From contig CM082577.2 of assembly GCA_040954595.2 (NCBI GenBank), positions 14,701,903-14,765,902 of the forward strand: a DNA stretch of 64,000 nucleotides, written 5' to 3'. Below, piece by piece: positions 51,601-64,000 of the stretch. The notes below the pieces were generated by a model. It saw only the letters and a list, made by a program, of their open reading frames with translations. It had not been told where the DNA came from and did no database searches. How positions within the stretch are numbered: position 1 is the stretch's first letter; the number at the start of each line of letters is the position of its first letter. The translations under genes were made by a program, and so were the position numbers. The stretch comes from Balanoglossus misakiensis (taxonomy: Eukaryota > Animalia > Hemichordata).

Positions 51601-52490
51601 ACATCTCGTCATTCCTTGATTTATTTATATTACAATCATGTCCAACACAACCAATCTACGCTATGTCACCTTAAACCTCCCCAAACGCAATCCTGACTTT
51701 TCATTACCTTCCATACTTTGTCTTTCACAATTCCACACACAAAATTCCCATTCAACCAACCACCATTCCCAAATATTCGGTTTATTATATATTTTATCTA
51801 AAAAAATAGTCACTGCACGAAATCGTATTTGCTGTTCTTAGATCAGCAATTTGTAAAAATTAAAAGTGGGAAACAAAAAAGATAACATCATTGCAGATTA
51901 ATACGACCAGTATTGCTAGTATGCAAATAACACTACTTCAAAGGTGATACCGTGTCTCCAAAAGAGCAAATAAATAATTTGTAAAACAATCACTGATTGT
52001 GCACGAAGATGTGTGCGCTCAACGACCCAAGCAGACACACATAGAAAACTTGTCCAGACTTCCAACTAGCAACAGAGCTCCATCCACATATTGCTTTGTA
52101 TAAAAACAAAAGTTAGCTAGCATGGGTGTATGTGCGTTCTTTTCTCTGCTTGACATACACCGATGGTTTGCAGTGGTTCACAGGTGTACACAAGGGCCAC
52201 AGATTGACAAAATGAGCTTGGAAAGGGGTGAAATGATCATTGAACTATAAGCGTGAAAAATTAATGAAATGATGTCGCTTGGAACGAGAGTTCTTGTTTT
52301 AAGATCGCAAGTTTTTCCTTTCCCTTCAAGTGACAGCAACGGTGTGGAACCATGGTTATAAATATTGCACAGTACTGTGGCTGAGTTTCACCAAATAAAG
52401 ATGGTTCAAAATACAATAAATACAGCTGGACGTTTCAAAAAGTTGTATATGATATGAATTTCAAACTATTCAATGGCCTCGGAATGCATC

Positions 52491-52702
52491 AAAAATCGCG
52501 TCAAGGACACGGCGGTCCCATTGACGGATTACACAAGAAAAAGTCTACACCGGAGAACATGGCCATATACAGACAGACAGACACACACACACATAGCGAG
52601 AGATCAATGGGCAAGCACTGACTGGCCCATAAGCTGCCAATGGCATATGTACTGTACATACACTAAATAGAACAGCTGGCTTCTTTAAAACTTAGCCAGT
52701 TA
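52491..52702 (+). repeat. Dispersed Helentron-like repeat fragment (copy at ~56395-56598; 5' part also at ~59720)
   Basis: Shared AAAAATC(G/A)CGTCAAGGACA..GTCCCATTG..(GACA)n(CA)n..CCCATAAGCTGCCAATGGCATATG..AAAACTTAGCCAGTTA. Confidence 0.75.
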
Positions 52703-52829
52703 TGTAATCATTCAGGAATTTGCTGTGTAAATCAATCACACCGGGAACTTCCTGCCTAATTAAAACAACTCAATAAAGTAAATACACACCACTTTGCAAA
52801 GCAATCTGACCAGTACTTCTTGAGTTACT

Positions 52830-53051
52830 GAGTTTTGACCAAATTCACATTTTCCAGCTAATTTGCATATTTTTGGCAATGACACCTTCATTTGAACAAA
52901 CTCCCATCTACTGCCTGGCCTGCATCTACACACCAAATATCGAGGTTTTACGCGCAGTGGTTTTCAAGTTTTTAATGTGAACTGACATACAGACAAACAG
53001 ACAAAACTGATCCGATAAGGTCCCATGGTATAAACCAATGGGACCTAAAAA
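52830..53051 (+). mobile_element. HINE-like element end (related copy ~59750-59905)
   Basis: GACACCTTCATTTGAACAAACTCCCATCTAC shared with ~59768. GACA microsatellite, hairpin AGGTCCCAT-GGT..ACC-AATGGGACCT (53018-53046), then an A-run. Confidence 0.65.
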
Positions 53052-53567
53052 TGGAACATCCCAGAGTTGATTCTGAGCATTGTATCTGTTGTGAGAAACA
53101 GAATGAAACATTGGTTCATTTGTTTTACGATTTCGAATTTGTAACATAGTTTTGGAATTGTTTTTATATCATATGGGGAAATAAGATTGGACTTCAGAAT
53201 TATCCAGTTGCCAGACATTTTTTTTCATTTCTAAACTCAGCTTGTGGCCTTTTTCAAACACAATAATTTAAAAGTCACTATATTCCAATAGAAAAGTTGT
53301 TAAATACAAAAAAGAGTTACATACCAGAGCCAGCATGGAAGAAGGAAGGTTACCAAAATCCACGGTTAAAGTATTTTAACAGTGTCACTGAGGAATAATT
53401 CAATGAACTCTCAACAACAAAACCAGACTTCATAAGCTATCTGCGTCAGCAGAGACAATGGAAATTACCCAGAGTTTAAAAAACAACTGACTCATACAGT
53501 GAAGCAAACTAAGCAAATGCATAATGTTCAGTACTATGCAAGTGTGCCAACAAATCCCAAACCAGGA

Positions 53568-53603
53568 TCCCCCCCCTTCCAGAGGTGTTTGTGAATGCAG
53601 CCT
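53568..53603. mobile_element. Solo right TIR of the 24490-25300 MITE family
   Basis: CCCCCCTTCCAGAGGTGTTTGTGAATGCAGCC followed by TAA. Confidence 0.75.
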
Positions 53604-56600
53604 AAATACAATCAACATAATTCAGGTATTGCCTTTACTCCATGAAAAATAGCTCACTACAGTATCACTACAGTATGGTAGGATTGTCTGGCAATCAAGT
53701 TGAAATTGCTAATGGTATTTATGGAATCAGAAAGCCATCACTGAAAGAGTTAAATGCTGCAGAATATGTGAATATGAATCAAAGTTATACCGTTGTGTCA
53801 AGCATGGTAATTTGTTTTCATAAAATATATGAAGCCAATGGACTTCTTTGTGTGCGGTTCAGACTCTACACTAGGTCACTAATACAAAATCAGTCTATCA
53901 TAAAACGCAGATTGAACAACATCGACGGCGAAGTAAAATAAGAAATGTTGCAGCTATCAGGTCATATCAACAGGTAGAATGTTTTAGCAGTGGGAGAGTA
54001 TATGTAGTTGAACCTCTTGATAAGCTGTTATTTATTGAAATTGGTGGAATTGTTTCATCTGTCATAATTGTGGAGATTTGCAAAGATACCTAAATTAAAT
54101 GGACTACATGCCCACTGGAGGGACATTTTACATTGAATTTTTTAAATTTATTTTATATATTACTTTTCTAGTGTTAATGCCAGTTTTTTGTATTTAATTA
54201 ATTTCTATGAACGGTTGTGTCTGACCATAGGACCATAGATATATGTTATAATTAGGAAAGGACAGGACAGGAAATATGATTGGAGAAGTTTTTAGCGCTG
54301 TAGGAATAAAAACAAGAATGGGGAAGAAAGGATCAAGGTATGTTGACAATTACTATAGATTTGAAGTGAACAAATTAACTTTTGTGAGGAATTTAACTTT
54401 TTTTGGTATAAAAAGTAGAATAGTTTAGCATGTGGTATTCGAACGAATGGCAGTACATATAAAAATAACATGCATGCGTAGAATATTAATTTGGGTCCTT
54501 GTAAGTGACTTGTGCAAGTCCAAGTACTTAGTATTTTATTGCTGTCCAACTCTTGTCAATGGATGCATTGCACATAGGTAGTAGGGCATGTTTTTGGTGC
54601 TCAGTGATTTAAAATTAATAACTTCAAAAATTTAAGCGAAAGGTGTTGGAAATTTCTGAAACTTTTTTCATGTCCTTAGTGAATGTATTTTATTTAATGT
54701 GTAGTTTATCTCAATTCTTGGACAAAATTACGCGAGTTAATACTGGGTAGATTATACATGTGTCGGAATACTTGGTCTCGGAAATATCTGAAACTTTAAA
54801 ATATGATTGCAGCATAATTGAAATATTTCATTTTTAACTTGAAATACTGTTGATTATAGTTCCCTGCGTCAACCGTCTGAAACTACACAATTGAAATGGT
54901 TGTGTTGGATACTGCAATGAAATGAACTACGTTTGCAATCTTAACCGGATTTATTTGTTAATAAACGTCTTCTGACATTATTAGAAGAAAATCGCCATGT
55001 GTCTAAGCCTGCATTTTTGAATCTTTTTAAATATAGAAGCTGATGATCTCTGCAATGTGCATTAAATGCTCAATGATGATTTTTTTTGAAATTCCTAGAG
55101 CAATTGTAAACAAAATAACTATCTTATCAAATGAAATTCATGAGCGCCACCCTTTGGAAAAAGGGTAAGTTGGAATATTTTTACAGATGAAAAAAAAACC
55201 TTTTATCTAATACTTTGCTAAATTTATTTTCAAGCAAAAAAAGTGTGTTTGTGTGTGTGTGTGGGGGGGGGGGCAAGAACTGCAAGTTAATATTTCATCC
55301 ATCCATGCTTGTTTCAGAGAAAACTTAAAAAGTGGCCAAAACTCAAATATCACTTCAATCACCACAAGGAACATGCCTACTGAAGTCCAAAGCAATCAGA
55401 CAAACAGTTTCAGAAAACTAAATTTGTTAAAAAGTGGCCAAAACTCAAATACAAGAGTAAACATGTCAGAAGAGTTGATAACTTTCTTCTACTTCTAACT
55501 TTCTTCTACATTTTGAACAACTGTGAATAATGTTACCCAATGAAGCAACCTGAAAGGGTGCACCCTCAACCATATGCTAGCATCAACAATCAACAATCCA
55601 TCACTCTAGGTTACTTGAGATTTTTGAGTGTGTCCTGCATTGCTCACTCTCTCCCAGCCCGCTCACCCTCAACAAATAAAACATGGGCAATTGCAGTTTT
55701 TACAGTGGTTTTCTGGTTATTGGTGTCAATACTGAATAAGATAGGGTTAAAGTAAACGGGAAGTATACAATACAGTATTACAGAGAATTTGATGAAATTG
55801 TGATATTTATTGATTTATTTTCAAGTGGAAGATTTATTATATATTGTATATTTATATATATGGTGTCTTAGAAAACGTTTTGTTATGCCTACTTTTATTA
55901 GCATATCTGTTTGGGGTTTTCGACTATCTGGGAATAAAAATATTCAGGAGAAGATGGCATATTTTAGTGTTGTCTGTTTTTTTTTATAGAATGAAACAAC
56001 TATTTTACACAGTTTGATACAAACATTGAATATGTTTGGTGTGTGATGTCACCAGTTGCTGAAAAATGAATTTTGAGTTTACAGATGAACTTTTCCATAT
56101 AAATTATTGACAAAGAATGAAACACACAGTATATCTATGTGGCCTTGTGGCTAGAGCTATCGTCTACGGAGCAGTGGTTTGTGCTTTCTAACGTCAGCAG
56201 GAGAAATTTGTTTTTAATTCTCATCACAGTGGATTGGATCTCTGTACTGTACTGTATGTACATGTACAGTAAATCTTTCTGTCTAGCGCCTCCTAGCAGC
56301 GTAACTTCTTTTACGACATTATAATATGTATAGCACAGCGAACCTCAATCTGATTAAAATCAAATGTAGGGAACGGCGACGTGTTTTGTCATGAAAAAAA
56401 TCACGTCAAGGACACAGAGGTCCCATTGAGTGATTTCACAAGAAAAAGTCTAGAACGGAGTACATGGCCATATACAGACAGACACACACATACACATAGC
56501 GATGGGCAAACACTGACTGACCCATAAGCTGCCAATGGCATATGTACTGTACATACACTAAACAGAATAGCTGGCCTCTTTAAAACTTAGCCAGTTAGGC

Positions 56601-57554
56601 CAAAGTAAGTAAATTCTTTGTTTTGCGTCCACTCAAAATTCTAAAAGGTACGAGGGTAAGCGGTCAAAAAACACACACACAAAAAATAACACAAAATTAG
56701 TTTGCCTTTATTTCAGAGTTTTTCTCGTGCAATATGCACATTTATGTAGTAGTGTGACACACTACTACAATATGATCAAAATACAATGTCATTTGTAGCC
56801 TTTAATCTGTCATTTGCTTTTCTTTTACGAGTTTTAGATTTCTTATTTGTGTGCTGAATGTGGCCACTGTCTCTACAAGTTCTGCAGACTGGCTGGATAG
56901 ACTGGTACTGTTCCCTCATATCCGGTGTAATAGGGATGAGATGATTCCTGACCCACAAACATATCAAACATCAGGACTATTCAATCTGGCACTGTAGTAA
57001 TGTGGAGAAACTTCCATCTGCCAAGTTTGGTTGATCACGATGAAACATTTCTGTGAAGAAATGTTTTTGAAAATTCTGTAAACAAAATACGAAAACATGC
57101 TTGAGTATAGTGATAACATCTCACTACGAAGTATGATGCATATGCCAACCCATGAGATGATAATTTTCAATCTTAAAGCCACAGTATTTCTCGTAGGGGC
57201 AAAATTTTGTTTGAAACGGCATCTATAATTTCTAAAAGTAGATGATAATTGATACTGAATCGAACAGTCATCATCCCCAGCTCTGCTGATAAACTCATAC
57301 AATTTACAATATAACGAGTGAAGAATGACTTTCTGTCCGGACAGAAAGTCACGTGAGTCAGGCTAATGTTGACACACGTGACTAGTGCGCATGCGCACTC
57401 AAATGTGAATCTATGCGGAAGAGGTTTGGTCGCCCCAAATCAAGCGACTCAGCGAAGAAATGCGCACTAATTCGGCGAAATTTTGGGAAGATAACTTTAT
57501 GGGAGAAATCAGTCGATGGAACCAGATCAAATCCGAAAATGGTCTGACCATCAA

Positions 57555-57640
57555 AATGTCAGATTCTTTTCAGACAGTTTGTCTGAATAGAGATGTATTG
57601 GACACTACACTGAAAAGGTTGCATGATGTTAGGCATGACA
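57555..57640 (+). pseudogene. P2X7-C-terminal-like (Kolobok accessory) fragment
   Basis: SDSFQTVCLNRDVLDTTL matches the 'F..VCLN..VL' segment. Very short. Confidence 0.4.
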
Positions 57641-58819
57641 AAATTGTCTATCTGCTTTCATATTTGTTTTTACCCACCATATTTGTTTTCGAAGTTTACG
57701 TCGATTTCAGATTCAGATTTTATAACTGTAGTATCAAAATCATTTTCTTTGTTAACTCCAACCACAGCAAACTGTTTAATCTTATTTTCTGACTTAGGTG
57801 TCAGTAGGTTGGCATAATTTTCTGAATACATGACTTGATTAATATTTCTTTTGGTTGTTATTCCTTCATTCTGTATTTAAAATTAAATTGACAAATAAGT
57901 CTTTTTGATACACAAGTGGTAATTACTTCCAAAGTAACACCTGAAGATGTTTCAGAAGTTGCAACATCTCGGTCATCCTATCCAACCTCAGCCACAACGC
58001 AGTCTCGGCCACATACTTTCAGCACAATGCTGATTTAAATTACAGCCATACTGACTCAATGTGCGACAACACCCAAATTTATAAGGCTATGTACGGCCTA
58101 GCCAAAATGGACTATGGAATATTACCATGTGCGTTTTCAGAATAAGAGAATATTCATTATGATATAAATAATTAGTCTGATGTACCAACAAAAACTGTCG
58201 TCTCGAACAATTTTCAAATTTTCCAAGTTCACACACACACTAATTTTCCATTCGACAATTCCTTTTGATTTAATATTGGCAAATATAAACTTGATACCAG
58301 ATAGACATCCCGGCATGAAAATAGCTGGAGTCATCAAACACGTGATACGGAACAAGGAGCGAAAATACTCGTTTCCTGAAGCTTTCGCTTCTTGTAAACG
58401 ACATATGAATATTCATAAGTTATTCATGAACGAATAAGATTGCTTCAGACACTCTTCACTCTCAGAATCCACTAAATATTCAAGACTAGTATAAAAGTAA
58501 ACCACACCCACAAAAAAAGAAATGTTCGAAAGTCAAGGTGACACAGGAAAGAGAAGAGAGAGATCTAGAAATGAAAAAAGAGGACACCCCGGCAACTGGT
58601 GAAGCGTCCTTTGAAAGTGACAATTCTAGTAAGTTATACATACGGATAGAGAAAATTATCACAAACCTATATATCGAAATAAAACAAAAAATGTTTCCCT
58701 ATTTCAAACATTTATCAAAGAACTACCAGTGATAGATGTAGGGGACCTCTAGGTCCGTGGCTAATTGTGGCCAAGTGAAACCCTTGTCTATAATCCAGAC
58801 CAACCGATTCCTTATTTTA

Positions 58820-59100
58820 TTGGCCCCATTCACATTTGATGTGGACATGTTATATTAAGAAGAACGTTTACGTAAGTGGATATTAGCAGCTTCTACTGTC
58901 ATTAATTGTCCAATCTGTCGGTTGGAAATTGAATACGAGTTGCTATTCCCTTCACATATCTGGGTGAAATGTCAATGACTTGCAAAACTTGTCAGGAGAG
59001 TTTTCCACTCCATCAGCTAAAATCACATGAGCACCGTACCATCAAGTCAAGCCCAATACACACAGTAACAAAAGAGCCCATAAATGAAAGTAAACGTGCT
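58820..59100 (+). pseudogene. Decayed RING finger followed by a CxxC..H zinc finger
   Basis: PIHI*CGHVI / ERLRKWI..NCPICRLEI..FPS / MTCKTCQESFPLHQLKSHE across frameshifts. Confidence 0.5.
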
Positions 59101-60429
59101 GTGTTAGTCTTGCTGATGGCAGATGTGTCATTGTCAACAAAACCTGGTTATGACGAGCTAGCTAAAAATGCTTGAAAGCATTTACTCCCCCATCATTTTA
59201 ATAATTTCCCCCAACCTGTGTAATTAAAAATGAAATTATAAAGGTGAAGTATGTACCTACCCCCACGAGTTGCAACATGGCGAATGCATTAAATTACTTT
59301 GTACCATAATGAGAACACTCCCCATATGGGAATTCCCTCTCTGCAAACAGATATTCAGATATTGTATCCATATGCAGAAGCCGGCAGTTGAAATACTGTT
59401 TTTGGAATTTACACCTTTATGTATTTTCAATTCTAAATTTAGATCTCTTGCTTTTGAGAAGATGCATAATATTGAATTGGTGATAGTGAAAATATATACT
59501 CAATTATCATTTGAAGTGATTGGAGCTAATGATTAACTGGAAATAGAACAAAAGTTAAAGATAAGAAATTCAGTACAATATTAATTTTTCTGTTGAGGTG
59601 CGGTAGTTCATTGCGTTCGGTGCACTGATATATCGAGAGGAAGCGATAAGAAAATAACACATTTGCTTTAGATGAGCAAACCTGGGGGGAGGCTAAAAGA
59701 ATGGGTATGACTTATATGAAAAAATCGCGTCAAGGACATGGTGGTCCCATTGCATATTTTTGGCGATGACACCTTCATTTGAACAAACTCCCATCTACAG
59801 CCCAGCCTGCATCTGCACACCAAATATCAAGGTGATACACGCAGCGGTTTTCAAATTTTTGATGTGGACGGACATACATACATACATCCATCCATACATA
59901 CTAGCTGATTTCATTTGATTGCTACCCCTTTGACTGATTTTCTCAACACAACACATAACTTTTTCCAGCTGGAGTTCACCAGCTGGAACTGAACACACAT
60001 TAAAATTGTAGTTTCAATGATATCATCAGGTAGATCAAGCATGTGTGGTTCAGGCTTTAATTTGGCACCTAAGCCTGTATGTTCAACCTGCCTGCTGCAG
60101 TACAGTGATTTTTTGGCATTATGTTTAAGGTTTTAAGTATATGTATCACTTAACCAATAATAATGGTTGTACTCTGTATCTATCTCTGAATGTCTATAAT
60201 CTATAAGTAGCTGTCTATCAATCTATGTCTTTCTAAATGTATGTAATTTATATCTCTAAATGTTTGTAATTTATATCTCTAAATGTGTGTAATTTATATC
60301 TAATATAGGAGGAGAGGCACAGGAAGAGGGGGTAGAGGTGGAGTGCTTGAGAGAAGAGCAGATAGAGCCTTAAGAGATGTACAGCAACAGAAAAATACTG
60401 TTTGCGTAAGTAAAATTTTGCTTTGGTAA

Positions 60430-60610
60430 TAGTTGGACATAGTCTGGTGGTTGATTTGGCAGTGCCGTGTCAGGAGATTGAAGGTTACCATCCTCAACCA
60501 TCAGCAAACACTCGAGAATGGTGTGTTTGTAGTAACTGCAGGCAGATGCCAATGCTTCCAAAGAGGATATGTTGTGGGCTGCCCGAGTTTTGCATATCAA
60601 GATTACCTGT
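60430..60610 (+). pseudogene. P2X7 ballast-like Cys-rich domain fragment (Kolobok accessory protein)
   Basis: WCVCSNCRQMPMLPKRICCGLPEFCIS = WCxCxxC..MP....CC...CI signature. Confidence 0.7.
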
Positions 60611-61017
60611 ACCTGCCAACCAAGGAGCGGTCACCCGGGCCCCACATAGGGGATGTGGAAATGGAAGTGGCTCGGGGGTGTGGAGTTCATTTCCAGGAGC
60701 TGCTCGAGGCCTGCCTGGTAAATGTCGCACCGCCTGGTATGTCAACCAAGTGCATTGCTGCAGTTTAGCAGCCCCTCCATCTCCCCTGGACGATTTTTGT
60801 TTTTGCGGGGAGAGGGCGGGGCTGCAGGTCCGAGCTATTCTAAACCGCAAAACGAGCGACGGAGATTTTGGGCCGGAGCCCAGTCCACAATTTTTTTCGC
60901 CAAATCGGTCCCGGAACCCATTCAGCGCTTACCTGGCAAAGGATGTCGCGGTATTTGTCGATTTTGCCAACGTTTTCCCCAGCTATTCAACTTCAATCAG
61001 CAATGGCTTTCAAAACG

Positions 61018-61056
61018 ACCGCCATCTTGACTTGTAGACTTGACCTGTGACGTCAT
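61018..61056 (-). promoter_or_regulatory. Candidate promoter motifs (YY1-like CAAGATGGCGG, CRE TGACGTCA) ahead of a minus-strand first exon
   Basis: CCGCCATCTTG at ~61019-61029 and TGACGTCA at ~61048. CpG-rich flank. Minus-strand CAG|GTAAGC donor near 60930. Confidence 0.3.
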
Positions 61057-61166
61057 ACTCTTGGACTTTCACGTTCAGCCCAATTAGCATACCGATGACA
61101 ACAAACTCACGTGCCATGGGTTACAGGTATACGATCAACGTTCGCCTACGTGTTTGTTATATACAA

Positions 61167-62311
61167 TTAGGCCAAAGTAAGTAAATTCTTTGTTTTGCGT
61201 CCGCGCACGCGTAGGTTTTCGGGCTTTTTTGAGAAAAAAAACACAAACTTAATTTGCATAAATTTCTAATCCTCGGCGGTATTTTGTCGCAAAATTTTAC
61301 ATTTCGAAAAATGCCACTTTACGGCAGTCCTATTCCAACCATGGCATGACGTAAAACGGTATGCCATACAGCCACTGCGCATGCTCGTAGTTGAACTCTT
61401 TCAAAGCACGCTGCTAGCTGTGTCGTTTCACACATCTGACTTTCCCAATCGCTGCGATTTTACCATGGATGACACCAAGGAAATAATCATCATAAAGGTT
61501 ACGGAAAACGATAAAACTATCCTAAACTGGTTTGGGATGGAAGTAACTGACGTGCAAAACTTTGCACGGCTACTGGAGGCCATGGTGATAGCAAGCAACT
61601 TAGTCAGGTGGAAATTTCAGAAAATGAGCATTTTAATAGCATGTCAGGCATTTTTTGGTACAAGCTGGGAACAAGTTGTTTTTGGATATTTCGAATACGC
61701 TGATTTCGAATTTGCCTGTTCCCAAAAATTCTTTTCACGTTTTCATGTCGAAAATGGCAAATTAATTTGTGACGTCATAATTTCAAAATACCTAAAAGAA
61801 AACGCTGTTTGTAGCCATTATGGTGCAATATCACAGGTCAACACCATAATAGTCTATTGAAATCATATTCTTATATTCATTTAAATATTTTTAAACAATT
61901 TTTTTAATTTAGAAACATTTTGTGAATTGGTAAAATGCTAATTTATGTTAATTAGGTCCAGGTGGAAATTTCAGAAAATGAGCATTTTAAAAGCATGTCA
62001 TTCATTTTTTGGTACAAGCTGGGAACAAGTTGTTTTTGGATATTTCGAATACGCTGATTTCGAATTTGCCTGTTCCCCAAAATTTTTTTCACGTTTTCAT
62101 GTCGAAAATGGCAAATTAATTTGTGACGTCATAATTTAGAAATACCTAAAAGAAAACGCTGTTTGTAGCCATTATGGTGCAATATCACAGGTCAACACGA
62201 TAATAGTCTATTGAAATCATATTCTTATATCATTTAAATATTTTTACACAATTTTTTTAATTTAGAAACATTTGGTGAATTGGTAAAAATGCTAATTTAT
62301 GTTAATTAGGT
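61167..62311 (+). mobile_element. Non-autonomous element starting TTA-GGCCAAAGTAAG, with a 354-bp internal tandem duplication
   Basis: The same 5' end GGCCAAAGTAAGTAAATTCTTTGTTTTGCGTCC occurs at ~56599. Duplication 61605-61957 / 61959-62311. Right end not identified. Confidence 0.6.
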
Positions 62312-64000
62312 GACACGCCCATCTAAAATCAATGGTCTACAAAAGAGAGCCAACGGTGTTAAGTGAGGTGTCTATTCCAATGTTTTCAGGGTCAAGGAAT
62401 TCAAATATGCAATCGTTTACCTTGTCAGACAAGGTGCAGCATGGAAAATATGCAAAATTAGCTTAATTAGTCATGATGTCATGCTAAAATTGACAACTGA
62501 AAGCTAATGATACAACTCTGGCCTGTGAGGTGTCTATTCACATGTTTTTTGGCAAATGTTTGCATTTTAATGAATAACTGAAATGAAACTTTTCATATTT
62601 GTATGTACATGTAATAGCATGTAAAAAACAACAAAAACAAACAAATAAACATACACAACGAGGATTTAGTTTAGACTGTACATGCTCGTTGGTAACATCG
62701 TGACCGATCGCTCCGTTAAAAAACACCAGAACATTGAACGTATGAACGTTTAGGTCCACAATTCACAAGTTATTGAACTATGAATGTATGTTCAATGTTG
62801 TGAAAAGCCAAAAACATAATTTTTGCCAACAAAACTGGCATTTGTTAACGTACAAGTTGTTCATTAATAGCGAAAGCATCGTATGGCCACACTCACATTA
62901 TGCCAGCACCGTATATTCATGCTTAGTTATAAGACGTTGAATGCACACTGATGGCCCGACGTCCTCGGTGTTTTTTTGAAACCTGGTCTCTAACAACAAT
63001 TTCTCTTCATAAGTAAAGAGTAATGTGTATTTTTATTACGTTTTTATATATGATACTGCGTGCAAAGTGAACATTGTGTCAGTGAGGCAACATATATACA
63101 TGTATGTTTAATCCACTTGGGTGTCGTACTTGGCTCAGATGTGCGTTAATGTGTACTAAACAAATTCAGATAGCGAGCCACAATATCTGTTGATGAGTTT
63201 CCATGGCAACCATTTTTTCATTTTTTTTCAAAATGGCCGCCAATACAGATAATCTCACCCACAAAATAACAATTATAAAACACCACAATAAATTCATATT
63301 ACAATATTTGAAACAAGAAACTGCTCAAAGAGTAATTTTCAAAATATATATCATCACTAAACTAGTTATAGGGGTAAATACAGGATCGAGATTCAGTCGC
63401 TAAAGAAATTAAAGTTTGGTAATAACCCCGGTTACAACAAACTTAGTTAAAACACTGTATAACCATATATATATTATAATAGTGGCCTGGCATAAACACA
63501 ATTTTCGTAACATTTGGGCATTTTGTGATAAAAGTTTAACAAGTAAAGCTCAGTTGATTCGTTATTTTCCCCATAAAAATATCTTTGATGAACAAAATTC
63601 CAAATTTAGTCAACCCAGGAAAAAACGGCATCTTGTTTCTCAACCTTATAAATTGATCTGACCAGTTTCAATCAGTGCAGAATCCAGCTTTTCTATTTTA
63701 TCTTCATCAAATGATTCATGCAAATAAAGAATCACTTCCCCATAAAATGATGGCAGAAAGCAAGTATCATGACAGTCGATTGGTTTGTTAAAGTTACTAT
63801 AGAAACAAACTATGTCTAGGGTGCATGTACATAGATAGATGTTAGGAATCAAAATCAAAATCTGTTTCAAACTTTTCATCCAATACTTGTCCTTCGGAAA
63901 GCGTTTTGATGAAGTCGCTTGAAGTGCTTTGTATTGCTCATGTTATCGATAATTTTAATCGCACCTTGATGATAGTCAGCAGTTCTATTTTGACATGTTA

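Noticed and set aside
53642-54060. Possible CACTA transposase C-terminal remnant
   Set aside because: Similarity too vague to support without a search.

Overview
AT-rich eukaryotic DNA, inferred to be from an invertebrate (probably marine) because of GT-AG introns and the transposon families present. The window is almost entirely nested and fragmented transposable elements; I find no intact conventional host gene, RNA gene or CRISPR array. Best-supported items: (1) a young Penelope-like retroelement (RT + GIY-YIG) at 4384-8533 with a 10-bp TSD, 1304-bp inverted arms, a candidate retained intron and hammerhead-ribozyme motifs. It sits inside an older Penelope-like element that has its own hammerhead, is split by a TTAA-flanked MITE and truncates a PHD-finger exon. 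(2) An intact piggyBac (21343-23888). (3) A 3'-truncated Gmr1-order Gypsy element with LTR and tRNA-Pro PBS (34431-~37545). (4) Two in-frame tandem arrays, 45 bp x ~75 and 138 bp x 32, the latter built from a LINE AP-endonuclease fragment. (5) Decayed Kolobok, Academ, ISL2EU/Harbinger, YqaJ, DEDDh, OB-fold, LINE and Helentron-like pieces, plus several MITEs. Family assignments come from motif recognition by eye, not from database searches.
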